From Candidatus Helarchaeota archaeon (GTDB taxonomy: Archaea; Asgardarchaeota; Lokiarchaeia; Helarchaeales; RDOG01): 64,000 nucleotides of DNA. Of this stretch, positions 41,153-50,492 are shown in pieces. The stretch is from positions 32,001 through 96,000 of the forward strand of contig JAHPZH010000004.1 of NCBI GenBank assembly GCA_019058315.1. The letters are read 5' to 3'. The translations under genes and the position numbers were made by a program. Within the stretch, counting starts at the first letter, position 1. Every line of letters begins with the position of its first letter. Below the pieces are notes generated by a model. It was given only the letters and a program-made list of their open reading frames with translations, made no database searches and was not told where the DNA came from.

Positions 41153-42871
41153 GTGATTAATATGTCCCAAATTTATATTACTAAAATAAATGGTGACTTA
41201 AAAAATGCAGCTTTAAAATGTTTTGATGCTTTTGGAGGAGTTTCAAAATATATTCCAAAAGATGGGAAGATTTTTATCAAAATAAATGGCGTTCATTTTA
41301 CTAAAAACTGCCATACTACCCCTGAATTCTTAGCGGTCATATTAGATCTATTGATTGATAATGGGGCTAATCCAAAGGATATTTACGTGGTCGAAAATTG
41401 TACTTCGGGTTTATTTACGCGATTAGTAATGAATGTTACTGGTATAACATCCGTCATTAAAGAAAAAGGAGCAAATTTCGTCTACATGGATGAAGATGAA
41501 CCTATCATTATTCAGCTAGGGAAAGATAAATATGACGTGCAAGTAGCAAAAATAGCTTATGATGCACTAATTAAAAATAGGAAGAAAAATGTATTAATTC
41601 ATTTACCAGTTTTTAAAACTCATTGGGCTACTAAAATCACATTAACGATAAAACTATCTTTGGGATATCTTTATGATGATTCCAAAGCCTTTAAACATCA
41701 TTATTATCATCGTGATAGGCTTGTAGATATTTTTGAGAAATTTACTCCTGATATTTCTATTGTTGAAGGAAAATATGGGGTTGAAACTGGTCCTTGTCCC
41801 CCGGACCGCTGCAGTTGGAGTAAAGAATTTATTTATGATTATGACATTTTATTCGCAGGAACTGATGGGGTGGCATTAGATGCAGTTGGAGCAAAATTAT
41901 TAGGATTAGATAATTTAGAAGTCGATACAACACGAATAGCTCATGAAAGAGGTCTCGGGATGGGTGATTTCAATAAAATCGATATCATATATGATGGTAA
42001 TGTCGATGATTTAGTTCAAAAAGTTCCTTGGCAATTTTATTACCTTCGAAACAAAGAACGTTGCGTCCCTCCTAATGTTAAATGGGTTACTGGGCTAAAT
42101 GAACATGGAAAAGATGTTAAAATAGTATGTCATGATGGATGTTTTGGATTAACATTAGTCTCTCAAGAATTATTTTATCAAGATTATGGTGGAAAAGGAA
42201 ATTATACACTCATTTTTGGAAAAGATATTAAAAAAGAAGAGCTTGAAAATCTAACTGAACCGATCCTTTTAATGGGAACATGTGCTTCAGAAAATCTTGG
42301 AACTTATCTAAAAGAAAAATATAAAGAAGTTTGGGATTACGATTCTTGTGCTAAATTAGGCGATTATGCTGAAGCAATTTTAAAAGCAAATGAGATTGAT
42401 CCCCTTTCTACATTACCATTTGATCCCAATATTGCCCTATTTCACTTAATGATGGCATCTACTCACGGAATTAGAGAAAAAGCTATCATAGCAATAGATG
42501 TACCATTAGAAAACCTTATTGATATCATTGCTGGGAGCACAAATAATCTGCCTGATGAATATTTTGAGGATAAAGAATTTGAAGACGCCTTAAAAGGATT
42601 TATTAACCACGAAAACCCAAAAATAAGAGCTAATGCACAAAACTTGCTTACTAGTGTAATAAATAACAAAAAATTGGCAAAATTTAATAATCTATTCAAC
42701 ATAGGCTTAGCTGATAATAATAAAAAAGTAATAAAATCATCTTTAAAAGCTATAAAATCTCTAAAAGATAAGAAAATAATAGAATCATTTGTTCAAAAAA
42801 TCCAAGAGCTTTCCAAAAGTCAGGAATCTTCTATTCAAAAATTAGCAACTAAAGTCCTAGAAAAAATATAG
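41153..42871 (+). CDS. DUF362-family Fe-S protein with C-terminal HEAT-like helical repeats
   Basis: IKING, T.PE, LPVFKTH, GP, D.VALDAV; C-terminal HENPKIRANA / DNNKKVIKSS repeats. Confidence 0.75.
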   Translation: MINMSQIYITKINGDLKNAALKCFDAFGGVSKYIPKDGKIFIKINGVHFTKNCHTTPEFLAVILDLLIDNGANPKDIYVVENCTSGLFTRLVMNVTGITSVIKEKGANFVYMDEDEPIIIQLGKDKYDVQVAKIAYDALIKNRKKNVLIHLPVFKTHWATKITLTIKLSLGYLYDDSKAFKHHYYHRDRLVDIFEKFTPDISIVEGKYGVETGPCPPDRCSWSKEFIYDYDILFAGTDGVALDAVGAKLLGLDNLEVDTTRIAHERGLGMGDFNKIDIIYDGNVDDLVQKVPWQFYYLRNKERCVPPNVKWVTGLNEHGKDVKIVCHDGCFGLTLVSQELFYQDYGGKGNYTLIFGKDIKKEELENLTEPILLMGTCASENLGTYLKEKYKEVWDYDSCAKLGDYAEAILKANEIDPLSTLPFDPNIALFHLMMASTHGIREKAIIAIDVPLENLIDIIAGSTNNLPDEYFEDKEFEDALKGFINHENPKIRANAQNLLTSVINNKKLAKFNNLFNIGLADNNKKVIKSSLKAIKSLKDKKIIESFVQKIQELSKSQESSIQKLATKVLEKI

Positions 42872-42879
42872 GGATAAAC

Positions 42880-43587
42880 TTGGACTTCAGACTAAAAGTA
42901 AAGGAAGCATACGATCGAATTTCGGAAAAATATGACCAAATTAGACGCCAACCCTGGAAAGATTTAATTAAATTCATTGAAGAAAATCAATTTCTAGCGG
43001 ATTGTGGTATCTTATTAGATTTAGCATGTGGAAATGGGCGACATACAAATTTATTAGCTGATGCATGTGGTCTCTCTATAGGATTAGAATTATCTGGTGA
43101 ATTATTAAAAATTGCAAAATCAAATTATAAGACTCATAATACATGTTTTATTAATGCGGATGCACTTTATTTGCCGTTTAGAGATAGATCTTTTTCTAAT
43201 ATCATCTATATAGCTGCCATCCACCATCTTTCCAATACAACACATCGTGAGAAGTCTCTCTTAGAGCTTAAACGAGTTCTCAATCCAACTGGAAAAGCTA
43301 TTATCACAGCTTGGAGGCGTTTTCAAGAAGAATTCATTATTATTTTTTTAATTGACCTCCTATTTTTGAACTTTAAGATGCGAGGATTGGAATTCGGAGA
43401 TATATTCATCCCTTGGCATGGACAAGACAAAAAAGTGATTGCAAACCGTTTTTACCACCTTTTTACAATGAGAGAGATGAAAAAAATCTTAAATAAATCT
43501 AAATTGAAAATATTAGAATGTAAATACTTTAGTGGTAAAACTGGAGTAAATAACATTATTACAATGTTCGAAAAAAAAATTAAATAA
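42880..43587 (+). CDS. Class I SAM-dependent methyltransferase (Trm9/ALKBH8-like)
   Basis: LDLACGNGRH, DALYLPFR, IAAIHHL, IPW...RFYHLF. Confidence 0.8.
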   Translation: MDFRLKVKEAYDRISEKYDQIRRQPWKDLIKFIEENQFLADCGILLDLACGNGRHTNLLADACGLSIGLELSGELLKIAKSNYKTHNTCFINADALYLPFRDRSFSNIIYIAAIHHLSNTTHREKSLLELKRVLNPTGKAIITAWRRFQEEFIIIFLIDLLFLNFKMRGLEFGDIFIPWHGQDKKVIANRFYHLFTMREMKKILNKSKLKILECKYFSGKTGVNNIITMFEKKIK

Positions 43588-43643
43588 TAAAAAAATTGAA
43601 AGTCTAGTTCTAAATATTATATGGTTTTTGAGAGGTAAGAAAA

Positions 43644-44093
43644 TTGTCGATTCAAGACCCGCTACAAGAGCTTTTTCAACTAATTAGGAACCTCAAATCT
43701 TTTACTAATGTAGATACTGATCCTATATTAGAAAAAATTAAATCTCTCCTTGAAAGAATTTATGATCTTTTCTTAGGTCTTCAAGGATTTAATCGGAAAA
43801 AGCAATTAGCGATTTTAAGACTTGCACATTTATTTCCTGAGACTTTGACCACTGTTGAATTACGAGAAATTATGGAATACTCCGATAAAACTTCTTTATC
43901 CTATGTTCGTAACGAATTAAAAGATTTGGAAACTGCAAACCTTATTGTGGTAAAAAAATATGCTGATAAAAAACTTCCATATCAAATTCAAATAAACCAT
44001 AAACATCCATTAATGAGTGTTTTAATTTCACTTAGTAATTTTGGGAAAGGTTATAAGGATTTAATTAAGGATATGGTGAAGAAAGATGAGTGA
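43644..44093 (+). CDS. Hypothetical protein, probable winged helix
   Basis: LTTVELREIM..SLSYVRNELKDLE..NLI pattern. Confidence 0.6.
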   Translation: MSIQDPLQELFQLIRNLKSFTNVDTDPILEKIKSLLERIYDLFLGLQGFNRKKQLAILRLAHLFPETLTTVELREIMEYSDKTSLSYVRNELKDLETANLIVVKKYADKKLPYQIQINHKHPLMSVLISLSNFGKGYKDLIKDMVKKDE

Positions 44094-44781
44094 AGACCCA
44101 GAACTCAAACTATTTCCACGAAAAATTCGAAATTATCTCATTATGCGTGTCACTATAATATATATTATCGTGGGGGGAGTAAGTATATTAATGGGTTTTG
44201 CTTTTGACGATTTAATTTCTACTTCATTTGATCCTAACATAGGACCACTTGTATTAACTCTAATTATTATTGGTTTTGTGTTTGGGATTAACTTATCACT
44301 CCAAGCATGGACTCAATTTTACCCATTTCCAAAAGAACTCGAAGATTTGATTAAAAGAGCAGGTCTAAAAGTAAGAAAAAAGAAATTTTATCAATTTGGT
44401 TTTTTTAGAAGAACACGTATTTATCCTACAGAAAATACGTTTATAAAAATTGGATTAGAAGTAAAATATTTTCCTTTTTTAGAATTAAGGAAAGGAACAT
44501 GTAAAATAAACATGATAACACAAAAATTGTGCGATGCAAGTGATCCAATTTGTAGCAGAATAGTCCAAGACATTGCAGAAAAAAATTTATTAGCTTGGAA
44601 AAATCCAAATGAAATCCGCAAAGCTCGAGTTGTTAATAAATTAGGAGAATTACATTTCAAAACCTCTTGTAGCCCTGAAGAGGCTATAAGTCGTTTATTC
44701 CAAATGAGTAAAGCGATCAAGGAATGGGAAGCAGCAATATCAAAAATAAGCAAACTAGTGACTAGTTCTGATATTATTTAA
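44086..44781 (+). CDS. 2-TM membrane protein
   Basis: Overlaps the upstream stop; two hydrophobic helices. Confidence 0.65.
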   Translation: MSEDPELKLFPRKIRNYLIMRVTIIYIIVGGVSILMGFAFDDLISTSFDPNIGPLVLTLIIIGFVFGINLSLQAWTQFYPFPKELEDLIKRAGLKVRKKKFYQFGFFRRTRIYPTENTFIKIGLEVKYFPFLELRKGTCKINMITQKLCDASDPICSRIVQDIAEKNLLAWKNPNEIRKARVVNKLGELHFKTSCSPEEAISRLFQMSKAIKEWEAAISKISKLVTSSDII

Positions 44782-44799
44782 TCTTTTTTTGGATCCTAA

Positions 44800-45435
44800 T
44801 TATTTTAAATTTTCCAAAACATTTTCAATATTATTAAATATTTCCTCGATTTTCCCAATCCCATTGATTTCTTCCAATAATTTTTTTTTCTTGTAGTAAT
44901 TTATAAGTGGTTCTGTTTGTTCATGATAGGTATTAATTCGTTTTATAACAATTTCTTCTTTATCATCTTCCCTATGAATTAAAGAAGTTCCACAAATATC
45001 ACAAATACCCTTTTTTTTAGGGGGTACAAATACTAAATTATATAATTTTCCACACTTGGGGCAATTTCTCCTACTAGATAGTCTATTTACTAATTCTTTG
45101 AAAGGTACATTAATATATAAAACTATATTAATTACGTCCAATTTATCTAATTCAAATGCTTGAATTAATGTTCTAGGAAAACCATCAAAGACATAACCAT
45201 TCTTATAGTCAGATTTTTCTAATAATTCTTTTATTATAGCGATTACTATATCATCTGGAGCTAATTTTCCATCATTAATATATTCCTTTACTTTTTCCCC
45301 TATCTTAGTTCTTTCTCTAATTTCCTTTCTTAATATATCACCAGTTGATATTAGTGGAATATCATATTTCTTTGATATTTTCTTTGCTTGCGTACCTTTG
45401 CCAGCGCCTGGTGGTCCTAGCATGATAATTTTCAA
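44800..45435 (-). CDS. adk: Adenylate kinase (bacterial-type, Zn-LID)
   Basis: GPPGAGKGTQ, STGDILR, DGFPRT, CPKC...CDIC, REDD. Confidence 0.93.
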   Translation of the reverse strand: MKIIMLGPPGAGKGTQAKKISKKYDIPLISTGDILRKEIRERTKIGEKVKEYINDGKLAPDDIVIAIIKELLEKSDYKNGYVFDGFPRTLIQAFELDKLDVINIVLYINVPFKELVNRLSSRRNCPKCGKLYNLVFVPPKKKGICDICGTSLIHREDDKEEIVIKRINTYHEQTEPLINYYKKKKLLEEINGIGKIEEIFNNIENVLENLK

Positions 45436-45490
45436 ATTAATTTACTCTTTAAGTTGATTTTTTCTATTTAAAAATATTAAAAAAAGTGAA

Positions 45491-46138
45491 TTAATTCAAT
45501 CTGTCAAGAGCTTTTGATATATCACTGGCTATTATGTCAATGCTTCCTGTACCATTAATATCTTGTAATAAATTCTTCGTTCTATAATATTTTATTAGTG
45601 GTTCAGACTGATTTTGATATGTTTTAATTCTATTTCTTACGACGAGCTCTTGATCATCATCCCTTTGAACTAATATATTCATACATGAATCGCATATCCA
45701 GTTACCTTGAACTTTCTTGTTCGGTGGTGTATATTTCAAATTATAAACTGCTCCACATTTAGGGCAACTCCAGCGACCAGCAAGTCTATGCACAAGTTCC
45801 TCAAATGGAACATCGATGAAAATGACTATGTCAATCTTCTCAATTTTATTTAATGCTTCTGCTTGATGTATAGTGCGAGGAAATCCATCCAAAATATATC
45901 CATTTTTACAATCCGGTTGATCTAATCGTTCTTTTATAATCCCAATTACCAATTCATCAGGGACTAACTGTCCTGATTCCATATAACCTTTTGCCGTTTT
46001 TCCTAATTCTGTTCCTTCTCTAACAGCTTGGCGTAGCATATCTCCTGTAGATAAATGAACAACATTATAGTTTTCAACTATTTTTCTTGCTTGAGTCCCC
46101 TTTCCAGCTCCAGGTGGTCCGAGTAATATAATTTTCAT
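45491..46138 (-). CDS. adk: Adenylate kinase (bacterial-type, Zn-LID), tandem paralog
   Basis: GPPGAGKGTQ, STGDMLR, G.LVPD, DGFPRT, CPKC...CDSC, QRDDD. Confidence 0.93.
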   Translation of the reverse strand: MKIILLGPPGAGKGTQARKIVENYNVVHLSTGDMLRQAVREGTELGKTAKGYMESGQLVPDELVIGIIKERLDQPDCKNGYILDGFPRTIHQAEALNKIEKIDIVIFIDVPFEELVHRLAGRWSCPKCGAVYNLKYTPPNKKVQGNWICDSCMNILVQRDDDQELVVRNRIKTYQNQSEPLIKYYRTKNLLQDINGTGSIDIIASDISKALDRLN

Positions 46139-46240
46139 TTGAAATCCTCTTTTTTTATAGTAAATTAATTAAATTTATATAATCAGATGAAAATAACAAA
46201 ATAAATTTTAAAAATCTTTGTTTCTAACAAGGTAATTTAC

Positions 46241-46756
46241 GTGGAAATTTTTGCTCATCTATTATGGACATACATCATTCTATATCAGCCAGATTGGAAA
46301 TTATTACTTTTATTGGAATTTTTTGGTATATTTCCTGATTTAATCACATTTTTCCCTATTGCAATTGATGATATTTCAAAAAGGAAAACTCGTACAAAAA
46401 TCGATTTATCAGATCCTTCAGAAGTTCCTAATTTTTTCTTTACATTATATAATATATCCCATAGTTTTGTTACTTTTGGAATTTGCTTCTTGATATTGTA
46501 CATTTTTTTTGGTAACCTTGCATTCATTATAAGTTCTTGGGGAATGCATATTCTTTTTGACATGTTCTCCCACAGCATACCTAAAGATATTGTCCAAACA
46601 AAATTTTTGTACCCTATTACTCACTTTTCGTTTAAGGGTTATAGTTGGCAACACCGAAATGCTCTAATCATTAATTATTCCCTTATAGCAATTGGCTTAA
46701 TTCTTCGAATATTCTTTGTTAAAAACTATATTGACTTTGGAATATGTCTATCTTAA
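46241..46756 (+). CDS. Membrane-bound metal-dependent hydrolase (YdjM-like)
   Basis: AH, FPDL, SHS, HILFDMFSH, LYP motifs. Confidence 0.75.
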   Translation: MEIFAHLLWTYIILYQPDWKLLLLLEFFGIFPDLITFFPIAIDDISKRKTRTKIDLSDPSEVPNFFFTLYNISHSFVTFGICFLILYIFFGNLAFIISSWGMHILFDMFSHSIPKDIVQTKFLYPITHFSFKGYSWQHRNALIINYSLIAIGLILRIFFVKNYIDFGICLS

Positions 46757-46795
46757 AAGCAAGGATATTAAAAAAAAAGAAAAAAATGGCATTTA

Positions 46796-47602
46796 TTATT
46801 CTGATTCCTTGAGGAAACATAACGCATTAATAACATTGATTATTCCAAGAGGAAGTAAACCAAGAAGAATATATAAATTATAGATATCACCGATTTCTGG
46901 GTCGATAAATAACCAATCTATACCAGTAAGAACAGTTCCTGTTGAGAAACCAAAGAAGGAAGGTGCATCACTTAATCCAGAAATAGAGAGATATGCTCTT
47001 TTCATTGAAAACGATAATTGTGCAGCCCTTGCATTCCAATAGATAGCAAAAGTTAAAACAAAAAGAATAATAGCTACTATTGTTAATAATCCCGCAATAA
47101 AAGATAGTTGTTCGTTGCTTTTCTCACTTTTTTTCCATATAGAATTAAAACCAAGAGTTGTAAAAACTATAGTAACAAAAATTGCTGAGATTCCAAAAGT
47201 ACCATGAATGCTAAAATTTATTTCGGTATATTTAAACCCAAAAATCTTTCCAATGGGTTTAAGTGTTTCACTTACGTAACCCACATAAGATAACAACAAA
47301 TGGCTTGCCATATTCCATAATCTTAGAGCATTATAGGAAAGTAATAAAACAACAGTTACTATAGAAACAATAAAAATGCCCCAAGCAACAATTTGATTGA
47401 TGTCTTTATAGTAATCATAAAGTCCGATTCCCATTAGTATAAAACCAACACCGATTAATATGAATTGAAGAATAACCATTGGGATACTTGTTCCTGCTCC
47501 GAGAAATACAAATTCAACTAAGACGGCTAGAATTAAGTAAGCAGAAATTAAAAAACATCCAATTGCAGCGAGAAATAATTTATTTTTTAATTTTTCAGCC
47601 AT
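46796..47602 (-). CDS. Multi-pass membrane protein
   Basis: About 6 TMs, 268 aa. Confidence 0.7.
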   Translation of the reverse strand: MAEKLKNKLFLAAIGCFLISAYLILAVLVEFVFLGAGTSIPMVILQFILIGVGFILMGIGLYDYYKDINQIVAWGIFIVSIVTVVLLLSYNALRLWNMASHLLLSYVGYVSETLKPIGKIFGFKYTEINFSIHGTFGISAIFVTIVFTTLGFNSIWKKSEKSNEQLSFIAGLLTIVAIILFVLTFAIYWNARAAQLSFSMKRAYLSISGLSDAPSFFGFSTGTVLTGIDWLFIDPEIGDIYNLYILLGLLPLGIINVINALCFLKESE

Positions 47603-47703
47603 TATAATACACCCAAAGATATATTTGTTTAATTTATATTAGGGAAATTTTATTTAAAATATTGTAGTTTTATCAAATATTATACAAAATTTGGAGTTCA
47701 GCT

Positions 47704-48915
47704 GTGTCAGACCAAAAATTCTCTGATTGGGATTTTAAAGGAGTAGATACTAAATATTCTACCCACGGAATTCATTATTACCCAGCCAGGATGATCCCAC
47801 AAATAGCTAACCGTCTGATATGTAATTATTCAAAACCTTATGATTTAATCCTTGATCCATTTTGTGGATCAGGGACTGTATTATTAGAATGTAAATTATT
47901 AAATCGAAATTCAATTGGATTTGATATCAATCCACTTGCTTATTTGTTGTCCAGTGTCAAAATAACTCCTCTGACCAATTTTGATTCAAAATTTCCAGAA
48001 TCTATTTTTAAGAAATTAAAAATTAGAATCCCAGAGAGAGAAATGAATAAATTTTTACCTAAATTTAAAAATTTAAAGTACTGGTTCACCGAAAAATCAA
48101 TAAAAGCTCTGTTAATTATTAAATATTTCTTATTTACTGAAAGTTTACCAAGAAAAATTTTAAATTTTCTCAAAATATGTTTTTCCAAGACTGTCCAAGA
48201 GGTTTCTAAAGGTGTATTCGATGGGAGCTCTACTCATTTAAAGAAAAATTTACAGAATTTTTCTCCAAATGTATTTGAAGTTTTTAAGAAAAATATGATT
48301 GAAACGCTAGAAAAGATGAAAGAATTAAAGGAATTAAATAATTCATTGGAAACTTTAGCACTATCTTGTGATTCAAGGAATATTCCTTTAAAAGAAGATT
48401 CAACGGATTGCATAATTACTTCACCTCCTTATGGAGAAGAACAAAATACAATTGGTTATATGAGATGGACGAAATTTTCGTTATATTGGTTAGACTATAC
48501 TCCAGATGAATTACAAAAATTGAAAAAAAAGACGTTAGGATCAAGGAGCAATAATGAGATTTTAGTTAGATCTAAATACCTGCTTGATTATATTAACACT
48601 CTTAAAATATCCGAAAAAAGAATGGAATATGTTAAATCTTTTTTCTTTGATTATTTATTATGTCTAACGGAAATGTTTCGTACATTAAAACCTAATAAAT
48701 TTTGTTGCATTGTTATCGGGAACAGAACAATTGCTAAAAAACCATTATTTTTAGATAGAATAACCCTTGACTTGACTGCTAGTATCGGGTTTGAACATGT
48801 GAATACATATTTCAGACAAATTCCTACAAAAGCAATTCCTTGGAAAGGAATTTCTGGCAAAACAATTAAAAAAGAAAACATAATAATTCTAAAAAAACCA
48901 AAGAGAATCGATTAA
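47704..48915 (+). CDS. DNA methyltransferase (N4-C/N6-A type), apparently orphan
   Basis: THGIHYYPARMIPQI, DPFCGSGT (motif I), TSPPY (motif IV). Confidence 0.85.
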   Translation: MSDQKFSDWDFKGVDTKYSTHGIHYYPARMIPQIANRLICNYSKPYDLILDPFCGSGTVLLECKLLNRNSIGFDINPLAYLLSSVKITPLTNFDSKFPESIFKKLKIRIPEREMNKFLPKFKNLKYWFTEKSIKALLIIKYFLFTESLPRKILNFLKICFSKTVQEVSKGVFDGSSTHLKKNLQNFSPNVFEVFKKNMIETLEKMKELKELNNSLETLALSCDSRNIPLKEDSTDCIITSPPYGEEQNTIGYMRWTKFSLYWLDYTPDELQKLKKKTLGSRSNNEILVRSKYLLDYINTLKISEKRMEYVKSFFFDYLLCLTEMFRTLKPNKFCCIVIGNRTIAKKPLFLDRITLDLTASIGFEHVNTYFRQIPTKAIPWKGISGKTIKKENIIILKKPKRID

Positions 48916-48927
48916 AATTATAAATTA

Positions 48928-49548
48928 TTAAAGAGCTTTTTTTAATTTAATATACCCTTGTTTTTGATATTGGCGAATAATTTGATTTACATACAATCGA
49001 GTCTTGTTACTCTCTTTCATTATATATTCAACATCATTTTCCCCATTACATAAATTCAAAACAGTGGCATGTTCAATTGGGATTTTTATTTCACCTAAAT
49101 CTTTTACTAATAAGGGCACAAATTTACTTTTTTTCTTTTTAACTTCCACTTGTTCTTTTACTGGAGCTTTTTCAATTTCCTCTTCAATAGGCTTTTTAAT
49201 ATCGCCAATACTTGAATCAATTTTGGGGATATACTTATGCATAATAGGTTTAAATGCTAGAAGTTGTCCTAATGCTCCTTTTTTGGTATGTAGAATAACC
49301 ATCGCCTTTTCACTGATTTTAAAAAAAATCATATTTATTCCACTTAGTGGGACTGAATGATCCCCTACTTTGAGCATTGGATAAGTCGTAGCCAAAAAAT
49401 CTTTAATTAAATCCGTATATTCCCCCAATTCAGAATCAATGTAACATATTTCTCCATTTGCATTCACGATAGCACAATATGGTCTTACAGTTAATAATGC
49501 ACCTAATTCTGAAGCAATTTCCCTTGAAATCTTGTAAAATTCTGACAT
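48928..49548 (-). CDS. Hypothetical protein with C-terminal winged-helix-like region
   Basis: 206 aa; VLNLCNG...VNQIIRQYQKQGYIKL. Confidence 0.65.
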   Translation of the reverse strand: MSEFYKISREIASELGALLTVRPYCAIVNANGEICYIDSELGEYTDLIKDFLATTYPMLKVGDHSVPLSGINMIFFKISEKAMVILHTKKGALGQLLAFKPIMHKYIPKIDSSIGDIKKPIEEEIEKAPVKEQVEVKKKKSKFVPLLVKDLGEIKIPIEHATVLNLCNGENDVEYIMKESNKTRLYVNQIIRQYQKQGYIKLKKAL

Positions 49549-49680
49549 TTACCAATCGTCAAATAAATGAGTTTAAATTTATTAAAATAATGAAAACTAA
49601 TTGATATATGAATTTTTATAATCTTAAATTAAAATTTCACTTTATTAATTTTGCAAGAATATTAGGTTTGGTTGGAAATA

Positions 49681-50426
49681 ATGAATGTAAAAATAATAAT
49701 GAAAGAAGAAATCCAGTTTAAAGATTGCATATTTATTACTGGTTTCTATGGCCTTGGCGCTACAGGATATAAATAGTTTTTCTGTTTACTTGAAATATCG
49801 CCATCCGTCATATGGTCGAAGCCTTAGATGTAAAAAGTATTGGGTATATGGAAACTGATCAGCTTCCAAGTTTCGTTAGCCTTGAAAATAATCGCCTCTC
49901 TTTGCCATTTGAATTTTTTAAATATGAAAATTTGGTGATTTTTCTTGCAAAGGTTCAACCTGCCCAATCGGAAATTAATGAAATAACCAAAACACTTGTC
50001 AATTGGGTTGTTACAAATAAATTTTCTGAAAGTATCTTAATTGGTGGTTTGGATTCTAAATTAAAAGAAGAGGATGATGAAACGCATAAAATTGTGCCTA
50101 CAAAAACATTCTCAAATCCCGAGAGGATAGGGTCTAACTTAGATAAAGGATTATTTGTAACTGGTCCACTAGCTCTTATGCTCATATATTTTGAAATGAT
50201 GAATTTTCCTGCATGTGCAATATTACCCTACTGTGAACGTGAACGGCCAGACCCTCGAGCAGCAGCAACCGCAATTCAAATATTAAACAAGCTATATCCA
50301 AAATTGAAAATCGATTTGGAAAAATTATATGGCGATGCTAAAAAGATTGAAGAAGAAATTGGATTAATACTTAAACAAGAGCGAGAAATGAGAGAACGTG
50401 AAGAACCTGGTGGGATGTACGTATAA
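49681..50426 (+). CDS. PAC2-family proteasome assembly chaperone/activator, join(49681..49768,49795..50426), 239 aa after splicing
   Basis: Joined N-terminus FITGFYGLGATGYIAIRHMVEAL fits the PAC2 GF.G.G..G.IA..H pattern; IGGL, PDPRAA; C-terminal MYV is an HbYX motif. Confidence 0.85.
49769..49794 (+). other. 26-nt bulge-helix-bulge (tRNA-type) intron in protein-coding gene
   Basis: Central helix CAGG/CUUG, 3-nt bulges AUA and AAA, inner stem UAAAUAG/CUGUUUA with U5 loop, exon-exon stems UA/UA, UGGCG/CGCCA and UAUGGC/GUCAUA; excision removes an in-frame TAG and the frameshift. Confidence 0.85.
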
Positions 50427-50492
50427 ACAAAAATTTTTTTAATTTGTAAATTATTAAGAAATAAGAAATGAAATTATTTAGGATATGATTTA

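Noticed and set aside
49812-50426. 204-aa ORF as the complete PAC2 gene, or the locus as a simple frameshifted pseudogene
   Set aside because: It lacks the conserved N-terminal GFxGxG strand, which is encoded upstream, and the interrupting 26 nt form an exact BHB whose removal restores the frame.
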